A stretch of 55,474 nucleotides of DNA from a virus (Duplodnaviria; Caudoviricetes). Positions 17,101 to 27,200 of the stretch are shown here, piece by piece. Numbering within the stretch: position 1 is the first letter of the stretch; every line of letters begins with the position of its first letter. The notes under the pieces are model-generated. The model was not told the origin of the DNA. It saw nothing but the letters and a program-made list of their open reading frames with translations, and did no database searches. Where the stretch lies: IMG/VR virus record IMGVR_UViG_3300037231_000117, positions 1 to 55,474 of that record; one strand, written 5' to 3'. The position numbers were made by a program, and so were the translations under genes.

Positions 17101-17156
17101 GCAGTTAAATCCTCGAATATGCGGATATGCGAATAGATACGCCGGGCGCGAGGCAC

Positions 17157-17197
17157 AAAAAAGCCGGCACCCCGTTTCGAGGGCGCCGGCTTTTTTT
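17157..17197. terminator. Bidirectional intrinsic terminator
   Basis: A6-gccggcaccc-loop-gggcgccggc-T7. Confidence 0.85.
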
Positions 17198-17341
17198 CAG
17201 TGTCTCTCGGGCGCGCGACGTTACTCTGTTGAGGCACCGGTCGCAAGCTGAGTCGCCAGCAGCGAAAGCGGCGCTTGGGGATCGATCGACCTCATATGCG
17301 ACAACTGTCAAAATTCGACGACGATCGTGGAAGCCTGACCC

Positions 17342-17378
17342 AACAAACAGAAAGGCCCGAGGACAGCTCCCCGGACCT
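17342..17378 (-). terminator. Terminator at the end of the late/lysis operon
   Basis: Minus strand aggtccgggga-gctg-tcctcgggcct-ttctgtttgtt. Confidence 0.7.
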
Positions 17379-17431
17379 GGAAGTGACGGATGTTGAGGAT
17401 GGGAACTGTTTCCGTTTTGGAAATAGTCCGA

Positions 17432-18088
17432 TTAGGCCGCGATCGGCGCCTGCATTCCGGTCAACACGCCAGTCATCCGGTGCTTGTCGGCGATGCTGAA
17501 TGAGTTCGGTACCTGTAGGCGCAGCAGGGGCGACCACTGCCGCCACGTCGGGCCGTTGACCGGAACGTTCGTCACGATATCAGACCCCTCCTCGTTGTAG
17601 GTCTGCGTCGCGATGATGTTCTCGCCGGCGAGATAGTTGATCAGGCCCGGACCGCCCGCCAGCGGGGGCTCCATGTGCAAGCCGAGCAGGGGGGGGATTC
17701 CGAGCGACTTCATGGCCGCGTGCATGACGAAGCCGACACGGGCACCGAGGCTGTGATCCACCAGGCGACACGGGCGCCCGTTGAGTAGCGCCATCATGAC
17801 CGGCAGACACGAGCGCACGTCTCGCAAGGTAGGCGCGTGAACCGGTCCGATCTCCGGGGCATAGCTGTCCGGCACTTCCATCGGGTTAAAGTCCTGCACC
17901 CAACCGGCAAAATTGACCGTCCCAGGGGCGAAGAACGTGTCCGTCTCATCAACGAGCTTGTGGTACATTCTGCACGCTTTGTCGGGACTCTGCCAGATCA
18001 TTACGCAGTCAGGACCGGCCGCTGGCAGATCGTAGTAGATGTCGTTCAGCAGCCCGGCGAGGGTGAGGGTGAGGGGATCGATGGTCAT
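17432..18088 (-). CDS. Class-3 lipase-like alpha/beta hydrolase
   Basis: PGT..GWVQDF, VH, DHSLG (nucleophile elbow), DIVTNVP, KHRM; ATGA-coupled. Confidence 0.8.
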   Translation of the reverse strand: MTIDPLTLTLAGLLNDIYYDLPAAGPDCVMIWQSPDKACRMYHKLVDETDTFFAPGTVNFAGWVQDFNPMEVPDSYAPEIGPVHAPTLRDVRSCLPVMMALLNGRPCRLVDHSLGARVGFVMHAAMKSLGIPPLLGLHMEPPLAGGPGLINYLAGENIIATQTYNEEGSDIVTNVPVNGPTWRQWSPLLRLQVPNSFSIADKHRMTGVLTGMQAPIAA

Positions 18089-18339
18089 GCAAACCTCTGT
18101 AGCAGAAACATGATTAGTTCCCACAGACTGATAACGCAGCCGATCACTCCGTAGATCCGCGACGGCCCGAGCCGCTGTTTCCAATCGTAGATCGGAGCAA
18201 ACAGCAGGGCACCCACAATGATGTGGGACAACGCCTCGTATGTTCCCTCCAACGACGGCACCGTTGCCAGCCGAGGGACGATAAGCAGGCGGCCGATGAA
18301 AACCATCGCCGCTATCGCGTAGAGGACGAATGCTTGCAC
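18085..18339 (-). CDS. Small 3-TM membrane protein, holin candidate
   Basis: Three hydrophobic segments; within the lysis cluster. Confidence 0.55.
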   Translation of the reverse strand: MQAFVLYAIAAMVFIGRLLIVPRLATVPSLEGTYEALSHIIVGALLFAPIYDWKQRLGPSRIYGVIGCVISLWELIMFLLQRFA

Positions 18340-18340
18340 G

Positions 18341-18853
18341 TCACAGGCCAGCCAGCGGGAGAATGACCGGACTGGTGACCATCGCGCCCACCACACCGCC
18401 CGCCGCGATCACACCAGCGGCTCCGAGCACTTGATTGGCCTTGGCGACACAGCCTGTTGCCAGCGTGTCCTGTGCCTGATTGGCTTGCGGCGAGCCGGGC
18501 TGGAACAGGGACGCCATCTCGGCCAACGTTAGCACCCCAGCGCCCGGTCCATTTGCCGCGGCGTTGACAGCCTGGATTTGGGTCAGCACGACAACCCCGG
18601 CTTGTGCGCACTGCAAGCCCGCCTGATCCTCGATGCCGCCGGGCAGGCCAGTGTTTGGCACCGACGCGACGGCTTCGACGGATTTTAGGTCGCCTGTTCC
18701 AGCATTGCCGATCTTGGTCAGTTCCACGATCAGCGGGTTCGCGATCGAAGTGGTAGCGGGCTGCGACATCGCGGGCGTTTGCCCGGTCGTGGTCTGAGCG
18801 ACGCAGCCTGTGAGCATGATGACGGCGGCGACGGAGGCGATCAGGAGATTCAT
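18341..18853 (-). CDS. Lipoprotein with a hydrophobic C-terminus (unimolecular spanin candidate)
   Basis: Lipobox IMLTG-C; C-terminal VLGAAGVIAAGGVVGAMVTSPVILPLAGL. Confidence 0.6.
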   Translation of the reverse strand: MNLLIASVAAVIMLTGCVAQTTTGQTPAMSQPATTSIANPLIVELTKIGNAGTGDLKSVEAVASVPNTGLPGGIEDQAGLQCAQAGVVVLTQIQAVNAAANGPGAGVLTLAEMASLFQPGSPQANQAQDTLATGCVAKANQVLGAAGVIAAGGVVGAMVTSPVILPLAGL

Positions 18854-18889
18854 GGCGGTGTTCCGTTCTTCGGGTGGTGGTGGGTCGCC

Positions 18890-19192
18890 CTACGCGGCGG
18901 CGGAAGGCGCGGTTTGCGACAGGCCGGCGGCCAGTGTCTTCGCGGCCGTCATCACCGCGACGAACACGTCCTCGACCTCTACGACCGGGACGCCGTGCGC
19001 CTCTGCCGCGGTAACGCCAGCGGTCCACGCCTCGGCGAACAGTGGCGAACTCTTCTCCAAGGTTTGCAGGCTTTCGCCACACATCGCGACCTTGCCCACG
19101 AGCCACGCGGCGGCGTGTTCGACGGCATCCAGGGACTCATGGCCGACCGTTTCGAGCTTCTGGATGATGGTCGGTTGGATATCCGTACTCAT
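18890..19192 (-). CDS. Hypothetical lysis-cluster protein
   Basis: ATGA-coupled to the endolysin, GGAG RBS. Confidence 0.65.
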   Translation of the reverse strand: MSTDIQPTIIQKLETVGHESLDAVEHAAAWLVGKVAMCGESLQTLEKSSPLFAEAWTAGVTAAEAHGVPVVEVEDVFVAVMTAAKTLAAGLSQTAPSAAA

Positions 19193-19779
19193 GTTGGTTC
19201 ATCTCCAAGTTGTCGTAATTCAGCTTCATTGAGGTCGTCGGCCGTTGGCGCTGGTGGCGTCGGCGTAGGAATCACCGGCGATTCGGAATCGGCGTTGGTG
19301 ACGCACCATTGCGCGCCTGAAAGCCCGGTCAGGTACAGCGCCCGCTCGCGCTTCCGGCGATTGAGCAGTCCTCTTATCACCTTGTCGCCGGCTTCGTCGT
19401 ATTCAAGAAAATCATCGGCTACGGTCAAATAGTGACCGAGATTTTGCTCGGTCAGCAAAGGCGACCGCTCAAAATTACCATCGCCGATATTGTAGCACAG
19501 CGAGATCAGTGCCGCTAATTGCTGATCGGTAAGCGGCACGGTGACCTTTGCCGCTACGAAATGCGCTGCCGCCGTCATGTCGATCATCGCCCAGCGATCG
19601 GCCCGTTCCATGGTGCAGACCGTTCCAGGAGTGACCGGCTCGCCGTTGATCCGCGTGGTACCGTGGCCGATGGTCCACACCGGCGGGTTGGCGACGCTGT
19701 CGAGATACGCCGTCGCGGAAAAGCCCTCTGAAGAATCGCTTATTTGGACAGCGAGTGTCAGGGCGTTGATCATACTCAT
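19189..19779 (-). CDS. Endolysin, GH24 (T4-like) lysozyme
   Basis: EGFSATAYLD...WTIGHG (E-D-T), ALISLCYNIG, GLLNRRKRERALYL. Confidence 0.93.
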   Translation of the reverse strand: MSMINALTLAVQISDSSEGFSATAYLDSVANPPVWTIGHGTTRINGEPVTPGTVCTMERADRWAMIDMTAAAHFVAAKVTVPLTDQQLAALISLCYNIGDGNFERSPLLTEQNLGHYLTVADDFLEYDEAGDKVIRGLLNRRKRERALYLTGLSGAQWCVTNADSESPVIPTPTPPAPTADDLNEAELRQLGDEPT

Positions 19780-20162
19780 TGTGTGGTCACCTCTCCGGGC
19801 TGTTCATCCAGCACCTCGGCTAGATTGTAGACAGCATCGCGCGCCGCCTTGATCGCCGATCGCGCCGGAAGGTGTTTCCGATTCTGCATTACGAGAAGTT
19901 TGCGGCGGGCGCTGTCGTCAGCGTTTATCACTGCCTGGATGTAAACAGGCGTGGCGGCTTGGGCCGTTACGGCCCTAACCATCATCGGTTCGATGGCATG
20001 ATACAGCGCGGCAATGGTTTCCGCATCTGCCAGCTCGGGCGCAATCTCGGTCGGCGGGATCCGTAGCAGTGGCTCCCCTGTCGTGATTTGGAGCGACCTG
20101 GGCGCAATCGGACCGGCTGCGCACGCGCTGATCAGCAGAATCGCCAGCAAAACCGTTTTCAT
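19776..20162 (-). CDS. Lipoprotein in the lysis cluster
   Basis: MKTVLLAILLISA-C lipobox. Confidence 0.65.
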   Translation of the reverse strand: MKTVLLAILLISACAAGPIAPRSLQITTGEPLLRIPPTEIAPELADAETIAALYHAIEPMMVRAVTAQAATPVYIQAVINADDSARRKLLVMQNRKHLPARSAIKAARDAVYNLAEVLDEQPGEVTTQ

Positions 20163-20164
20163 GG

Positions 20165-20569
20165 CTAAGGCTCCTTTGGGTCGGGCGCAACAGACCTACC
20201 GGCGAAAAATTTGAGCTGCATCGTCAGTACGGCAATCTGCTCGTGAAGCTGGGCATAGTCGCGCAACTCATCGCGCTGACTGTTTATAAGGTTAGCCGCG
20301 CCCTCGTCTAGTCGATGATCGACACTGATCATGCTCTCGCTGCTAATCTTATGGTCATTTGTCAGACCGACTAGCGAGGTTTCGATCACTGCCATGCGAT
20401 TGTTTGTGTTTGCGAACGTCAGTGTCGCTGTGATCAATAGACCGATCATGACCGATAGAGTGCTCGTGATGAATATTGTCAGCGCGAGATAGTCGCGGAC
20501 CCATTGTAAGGCCGACCGATTGTTCGGCTGTTCTCTTTTAGTCTCTCGGAAACCGGGCGGAGACGGCAT
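20165..20569 (-). CDS. Single-TM coiled-coil protein (holin or i-spanin candidate)
   Basis: One TM segment followed by heptad repeats; AAGGAG RBS. Confidence 0.55.
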   Translation of the reverse strand: MPSPPGFRETKREQPNNRSALQWVRDYLALTIFITSTLSVMIGLLITATLTFANTNNRMAVIETSLVGLTNDHKISSESMISVDHRLDEGAANLINSQRDELRDYAQLHEQIAVLTMQLKFFAGRSVAPDPKEP

Positions 20570-20684
20570 CGTGGTCTCCTTTCACCGAGCCAGGAAGATT
20601 TCGGGATTCAAGATAAATGGCGCAAAGAGCGGATTGTGGATGAACCAGAAAAGGACTGAGCCGCCCTGTTGCTCGGCGCCCCGA

Positions 20685-23657
20685 TTACTGAGCGAACCCC
20701 TTGATGGTATCGGCGATCTGCTTGGACACGATCGTGTTGCCGACAATCCCGACATGACCCGCGCTGTCCAGCAGTTCATACCAGGGGCCAGTCCACTGGA
20801 GTGCAGACGAGCCGTTCAGGACCGGGAATGTCAATGGATTGACGATGTAACAAGTCGCCGTGCAAATGCTTGGCGTCAACAGGCTGCCGAACATCCGCAT
20901 TTGACCAGCCATCAGGTTGCCGACGCCAGGCGAAGCACCCCCGATCGTCCCGAACACACCCGCAGCGGCCGGAGCAGCTACCGTGAAGTGCTGACTATCG
21001 GTAAAAGACGTAACCGTGAATGAGGCGTTGATCGCCCCCGTGCCACCGGTTCCGCTGTTCGTCGCGCTGACAATCGCCACAACGTTGCCGACCGCGTAGA
21101 CCGATGATGCAGCACTGAGAACGATGGCGATCTGTCCGCCGTTGGTTGCCGACCACGCCGCACTACCGATAATCACCGTGCTTGGGAATGCGCCGACGAA
21201 ATAGCCCGCGTTTTTCGTTGGCTCCGGCGATGCCATCAGCACCTCGCCGGTTGTCGATCCCGGCGCGCGGAAGCTGCCGAGTGTATTTGCCAAATATTGG
21301 TAGCTGGCCAGCAGTGCTGTCGGCGTCCCCACGGAAACCAGCGCCTCGCTGCTGACGCCGCCGCCAGAGTAGTTGGTCATATACGTGCCGTCACCACCAC
21401 CGCCAGTGCAGGGCACGCCATTACAAGCAAGGATGTCCTGGATCGTCCCCGTGACGGTCGTATTGACCCCGGAGCCAGTGAGAACCATCGTCTTGGTGAT
21501 GTTCATCCCCGTGACGGTGCCGGAAATCGTCAGGACGCCCGTGTTCGACAGCGCGCCATTATAACTGCCCGTCCCGAAGTCATTGTACGTCCCGGCCGCC
21601 AGCACAATATTATTGCCGGTGTAGGCGCCTCCAAGGTGCGTGGACCACGCAGCCGCACTTCCCCAATAGAGCGCGGAGCTGGCCGGGTTTCCGTTAATTC
21701 CCTTGAAGGTGATCCCGCTCGCGAAGGCCGTCGCGTTGGCGAGCATCTCTGTCCCCGGCGCACCGGGATTGAAGACCACCACATCAGACCGGCCAAGGAA
21801 ACCGGGGATCATGGAAGACATGCTTTGTCCGATGCCAAATGCCGACTGGTAACCGGACGTGTTCGATGCCCCTTCAACAATAATGTGCATCGAAATTTGC
21901 GGGGTGTCCCCAAGCCAGTAGTCGAGAGACTCTCTCAACCGCTGTTGTTTGACCGCGGTGATCGGGTGCTTGTCGAACAGCACCGCGTCGATGGTCACGT
22001 TGCCAGTCAAGCTGGCACCCGGACCTTTCCCGAGGATGCCGCCCGCATAAGTGCCCCCGACGCCCGTGGTCAATGACGTGGAATGCGACATCGTGACACT
22101 GCCGAGGCCGTTGGTCACCGTCGCAAAAGTCCAGCCCGTTGCCGCCGCCACTCCAGCCGGGATGTAGCAGTTCATCTCGGGGCCGTAGTAATTTATCGCT
22201 GCGGGTGCGCAGACGATGCCCGCTGCCGCAAACTGCGGATTGGTGTTGACCGCACCTAGCAGGCCGCCGATCAGGTTGTTTGCAGGGTATGGCGCCGCGG
22301 CATCCGCTGTCGTTTCGGCGTAAGAGGCAAGTATCTGGTTGCCAGACCCGACCCCTGTGTTGCCGCCATAGACACTGATGCCAGCAGTCGTTCCAGCAAT
22401 GGGCGTGCCGGAAATACCCACGATGTAAGGCGCTGTGTTGGCCGGCGAGAAAGTCGTGTCCTGCAACGCCGCCCCGCCGGTGACCGACACACCGAACACC
22501 GCCGGGGTTTCGGGCAGTGGGGTGTTGAAATAGGTGTTGACGTTCGCCGTGTCCGCCGTGTTCCCCATGAACAGGGCCGCGTTGTTGAACTCGTTGGCGA
22601 TGCCGAAGTATTGTCCACCGGCACTCGGCCCGAGATATCCAAACCCGGACGGCACCGCTCCGGCAGTTCCAGCGAACACCATCGTCGCATTTGCCCCGCC
22701 GATCGTCACGGCCGACGGGATCGTCATAAAGGTGCCGGATGCCGGGACGCCCAATCCGCCGTTGCCGGAGAACAGTATCGGGGGGGCCGCAAACGGGCCG
22801 GTCCCATTGAATTTTCCCGAAAACAACATCGGCGGCGTCGCGACCGAAGCCGTTATATCCGTCGTGCCCGTTGGGTATGAGGCGTTATAGTCTGTCGTGC
22901 CGCCCGTGTCGTAGAGAGTGGTCACCAGCGGCACAGGCCCGCTCTGCCACGTCTGATACTCCGGCTGCGGTGTGGTGCCGGTCGCGAACGCGAAAGCCTG
23001 CTGGTAATCATAGCCATTGGTGTTGGCGAGGAACGGCACATTCAACGTGCCAGCGGTGACGCTATTCGTCACCTGCATGAGCGCCCCGGCATTTTTCCCC
23101 GCCGTCGTGTAGCAGGTCGATCCGCGAATCCGCCCATAAAATTCGGGGATGTCGAGGGTCAGGTTGAACGTCGTGGTCGAGAGAACGCCCGAACCGCTAG
23201 TCGCCGTCGCCTTGACCGGGTTCGCCGTGGCGCACGCATACATCCTGGGCGTCGTAACAGCGACCGCCGTAGCAACGCCGGCAGCCGCCGTGACAGTGCC
23301 AACAAGGTTGCCTGGGAACGTCACCGTATCGCCGGTCGTCCAGCCCGTGCCGCCAACCTGCACCGCGATGGCCGTCGCATACAGCCCTTCGACATCGACC
23401 GGCAGCGGCGGGGCCAGTTCAGGTTGCCATGCGGCTTGGCCCGCTCCAGTGCTAATGGCCTTCCAGATTTGCCCTGTGGTCGGGATGATCCAGTCAGAAC
23501 CGGGGAAATGCTGGACCGAAACGTCGTCAGTCGGCCCAGGGGCGCGACGGTCGGCGAATGTCGTGGTGATTGGCGCCGGGGCACCGGCCGGGATGGGCTG
23601 TGCCCAAGCCGATCCCGCTACCAGCAGCCAACCCAGCGGCAGCGCAAAACGCTTCAT
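20685..23657 (-). CDS. ~990-aa tailspike-like protein with a Sec signal peptide, lectin-like region and SGNH hydrolase domain
   Basis: MKRFALPLGWLLVAGSAWA/Q; APGPTDD..GSDWI..GQIW..AAW fibre motif; SGNH blocks EGASNT, NPGAPG, GTYND, DSAGH. Confidence 0.75.
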   Translation of the reverse strand: MKRFALPLGWLLVAGSAWAQPIPAGAPAPITTTFADRRAPGPTDDVSVQHFPGSDWIIPTTGQIWKAISTGAGQAAWQPELAPPLPVDVEGLYATAIAVQVGGTGWTTGDTVTFPGNLVGTVTAAAGVATAVAVTTPRMYACATANPVKATATSGSGVLSTTTFNLTLDIPEFYGRIRGSTCYTTAGKNAGALMQVTNSVTAGTLNVPFLANTNGYDYQQAFAFATGTTPQPEYQTWQSGPVPLVTTLYDTGGTTDYNASYPTGTTDITASVATPPMLFSGKFNGTGPFAAPPILFSGNGGLGVPASGTFMTIPSAVTIGGANATMVFAGTAGAVPSGFGYLGPSAGGQYFGIANEFNNAALFMGNTADTANVNTYFNTPLPETPAVFGVSVTGGAALQDTTFSPANTAPYIVGISGTPIAGTTAGISVYGGNTGVGSGNQILASYAETTADAAAPYPANNLIGGLLGAVNTNPQFAAAGIVCAPAAINYYGPEMNCYIPAGVAAATGWTFATVTNGLGSVTMSHSTSLTTGVGGTYAGGILGKGPGASLTGNVTIDAVLFDKHPITAVKQQRLRESLDYWLGDTPQISMHIIVEGASNTSGYQSAFGIGQSMSSMIPGFLGRSDVVVFNPGAPGTEMLANATAFASGITFKGINGNPASSALYWGSAAAWSTHLGGAYTGNNIVLAAGTYNDFGTGSYNGALSNTGVLTISGTVTGMNITKTMVLTGSGVNTTVTGTIQDILACNGVPCTGGGGDGTYMTNYSGGGVSSEALVSVGTPTALLASYQYLANTLGSFRAPGSTTGEVLMASPEPTKNAGYFVGAFPSTVIIGSAAWSATNGGQIAIVLSAASSVYAVGNVVAIVSATNSGTGGTGAINASFTVTSFTDSQHFTVAAPAAAGVFGTIGGASPGVGNLMAGQMRMFGSLLTPSICTATCYIVNPLTFPVLNGSSALQWTGPWYELLDSAGHVGIVGNTIVSKQIADTIKGFAQ

Positions 23658-23662
23658 CGGGC

Positions 23663-24148
23663 TTACCATTGGACTTGCAATACGTCTGAGGCGCTGCACG
23701 CGACCACCGAGGGATTGAGCGGAGACAGGCCGCCGAGTTCCAGGGTGTATCCGCCCTTTCCCGCCGGCAGCGTGACCCCGTTCGTCACCGCTATGCCGTT
23801 CTCCGGGCACGTACAGGCAGCACCGGGACTCGATGCGTTCGCACAAATTGCAGCGTCGGTAGTGCCCAGGTTGATCACCGTGACGGATGTCAATGCCACC
23901 GGAAATGCCGCCGCCGACGAATTCACGGTCAGGGTGTTGAGCAACGCGCTCGTGGTGGTGGCCAGGATCGACCCGTTGCCGCTGAACGGTGATCCTGTCG
24001 GGCAAGGATGTTGTGGCGAGACCGGCCAATCCGCCGAGTTGGCATCTTGGCACGCGATCACGGTGGACGCGCGGGAGGGCGCAGTCAGCGCCACAAGCAC
24101 GAGGGACGACAGTACAAGCGCCAGGCACGTCGGAAAGACGCGGGTCAT
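23663..24148 (-). CDS. Small secreted beta-rich protein with a Sec signal peptide
   Basis: MTRVFPTCLALVLSSLVLVALTAPSRA/S; six Cys in the mature part; AAGGA RBS. Confidence 0.75.
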   Translation of the reverse strand: MTRVFPTCLALVLSSLVLVALTAPSRASTVIACQDANSADWPVSPQHPCPTGSPFSGNGSILATTTSALLNTLTVNSSAAAFPVALTSVTVINLGTTDAAICANASSPGAACTCPENGIAVTNGVTLPAGKGGYTLELGGLSPLNPSVVACSASDVLQVQW

Positions 24149-24203
24149 CGGATTTCCTTTGGGTTGGAGAAAGTGGCCGTCGATGACGGTCGCGCGGCGA
24201 AGC

Positions 24204-27200
24204 CTATTGTGGGCGCGTGCCGAAAACGTTCTCTGCGGCTTTGTTCCGCATGGCGTTGTATTTCATGATCTCAAGGCGCTTTTGTTCCGCGCCCAGGGTC
24301 GGGCTTTCACCGACGCGTTTGATCTGCCGGTTCGCCATCTGCTCGACTTCGGTCACTTTATCGACCAGTTCGTGCTTGGCGATCTGATCCTTGTTCGCCG
24401 CCGAGAATGCGCGGGCGTCGTCAACCCGTCCGCGTGCGATGAGGTCGAGATAGGTGGCGTAGGTCCGGCTGATCCCCTCGGCCTGCTGATAAAGCATGTC
24501 GATGTAGCGGCTCTGCGGGGTGGTTGATGTCGAAATCATGCCCCCCGTCGCTTGGTTCCACAGATCGGTGTTCGGCCGCACCGGCTCGACTGGCGCCACG
24601 CCGCGGAACGCCGCCTGTGCCTGATCGGCGCCGCGCACCGTCAGGTCGGCGAGATTGACGACGTGGGATCCCAACCAGCCGAAATAGCCGTTCACCAGGT
24701 AGTCGAGTTGGATCGGCGCCAGGAACTGTGCCTGCGGTCCACCGATTGCCCGCGCCGCCGCATTGCCCGCCGAACTGGCCGCCCGAGCGAACAGGGTCGT
24801 GGACGGCGTGTACCGTTCTTCCGAGCGCAGCCGGTCCATGCCTTTGCCGATAATCGGCGCGCCGGTACCGGACTCGTTTTCCAAAAGGTCCAGCACCGGG
24901 CGCACGATCTGCGGCACCGGGCTTAGCGACATATTGGTCCCGAGGATCTGCAGTACGGAGTTGGCGAACCGGCGCGGAGTCATCTCGTTGCGGCCAAAAA
25001 TGGCCTCGACCCCGTTGGCCGCGATCCGCGACATCGCCGCGATTTCAAAGCCCATCGGGATGCGGAACTGAGTGTTGCCGAACTTGAACCAGAAATTTGC
25101 GTCCCGGTCGTACTCCGTGCGCTTTTTGTAGTCTTCGTCGTTGGCGTAGATCGCGTCGAGAGCCAGCGTCAGCAGCGACGTAGCGCCGAGCACGATGGCA
25201 ACCCGCTTGGTGGCGGACGCTGCAACCCTGGCCCCGACCGCGACGGCGATGTTGCGATCCTGGTTCGCAGCCGCCCGCCCGACCTTGTACAGCCCCTGTG
25301 CCCATGCGTTCATAAACGGCACCGTCTGGGTAAGCACCCGCGCGATTGCGCCGGCACCCTTGAGGGTGAAGTCCTCCAGGTCGCGGGCGGCAAAAGCGGC
25401 TTGGTCGTGCGGGACACCATCGGCGATCAGCTTGTGATAGAGCGCGAACCGCTGGACATCCTCGCTCTGCGCACTGACTTCCTTGTATGCGCGGGCGATC
25501 TGGGAAACCCGATGCCAGAACGCGTTGATCGTGTCTGGCCGGTCCAGCATCGTGTCGAGATCGGTTCTCCGGCCGCCGGTGTCATGGCCCGATCCCAGCC
25601 GCATCGTGCCACCGCCGGCGATGGCGTCCGCCGCCTCGTTGCCCAGATTCAGCCTGTGTAGCTGCTGCCCGGCTATAGCCCGCGCCACGTTCTTCAACGC
25701 TCCGGGGAGGTCGCCCATGCCATAGCCGCTTATGACGTTTTTTGCGACGTTGTAGGACAGCGGCGCCGTGGCGATGGCCTGCTCGGCGTCGCGGATGCTG
25801 ACCCGCAGCATGAAGCGGGGATCAGCAGTGACGCCTTGCGTCAGGATGGTTTTGAACTTGGTCGCCGAATCCATGACGGGGTTGCGAAATCCGGAAAAAT
25901 CCAGTGCCGAGATCGCTGTGAACAGCAGCGGGTCGTGGACCTCGAAGAACTGCTTCTGGCCAGTGTTCATCACCCAAACGGTCGCTCGCTTTTCCGCCTT
26001 GGACTGGTAGGCGATGTCCCGCGCCGACAGCTCGCGCACGGCGCCGTTGGTGACGCCGGTGTCGAGGACGCCGGCGGATGCACGGTTGCGGAGCGACGCG
26101 TCGATCATGTGCGACCAGTTCTTGATCGCGTTGTCCCAGAGGTCGTTGTTCAGTCTTTCCGTGCCGCCCTTCAGCGTCTTGAACGCATTCTGCTTGACGA
26201 ACCCTGACGTCACGCTTGGGCCGGCGAAATGCCCGTCTGCCTCCGCGACGCGGTAGAACGGCACGTAGAACGGATTGGAGAACAGCGTACTGACCCGATC
26301 GCCATCGAGCAGGCCCGACTGCACGGCGAGATCGAGTACGTTCTTGTTGAACCCATCGAGCTTGCGGAGTGAATCGAGGTAGACCGCTTCGCGCGAGCGG
26401 GTAATCGAGCCATCCGGCAGGTGATAATCGAACGGCACCTGACCTTGGTTGGTCGCCTTGATCGTGTCGATATCGTCTTGCGACCATAGATTCTCCCGAT
26501 CTTCCGCGGTCAGCCGTTCGGCGCGGTTCGCCGCGACCCACCAGATGAAGCGATCTTGCTCGCCGTGTAGCGGCCGCACCAGGGAGTGCTCGACGCCGCC
26601 GTTACGCTCGTCCATCGCGTACGTGCTGCCATTGAACCGCAGCGTGCCATCGGTCAGGAACATCTCGGTCGCGCCGGCGGTCGTGTTGGCGTTGCGCAGC
26701 GCCATGTAGCCGGCCGGGTCGTCGGCCTTGACGCCGATATAGGGGTCAAGCCACGCGCGCACCGTGCGCCGGCCGAGGTCGTTGGTCGCGGCGGCGAGGC
26801 GTTCGCGCCAGGTCGGCGTGACGACCACGCGGCCGACGTTGCGATAGGCTGCGACCTGGTCTGGCGTCCAACGCTCGGTTTCCCGCTCGTCGCGGACGGC
26901 GACTTGCTGGCGTGGGGAGAACAGCGGCAGGCCCTGCGTCTGCACCGCTTCGCGGAGCTGGGGCGTGATGTCGAAGGAGTGGACGGATTGCCGGGTCTCC
27001 GGTTTGGCGTTCTCGGTAGACTCCCACCCGCTCGCATTTTGGACGGCTGGATTGGTGATCTCGCTCTGCCCGACTTTGGCGCCGAACTTGCTGACCAGCT
27101 TCTGGACCTCGGACGGCAGTTGCTTGTCGTAGAAGCCGCGCATGCCTTCGCCGCCGACTTTGAGATCAAGGCCCGTTAGCTCGCCAGTCGCATCGCCCTT

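Noticed and set aside
20633-20645. DnaA box-like TGTGGATGA
   Set aside because: Single imperfect 9-mer far from the origin; expected by chance.
23670-24128. N-terminal extension of the 1147-aa ORF (likewise 43697-44146 and 54852-54974)
   Set aside because: These overlap real upstream genes in another frame; starts at 23657/23669, 43696 and 54851 fit better.
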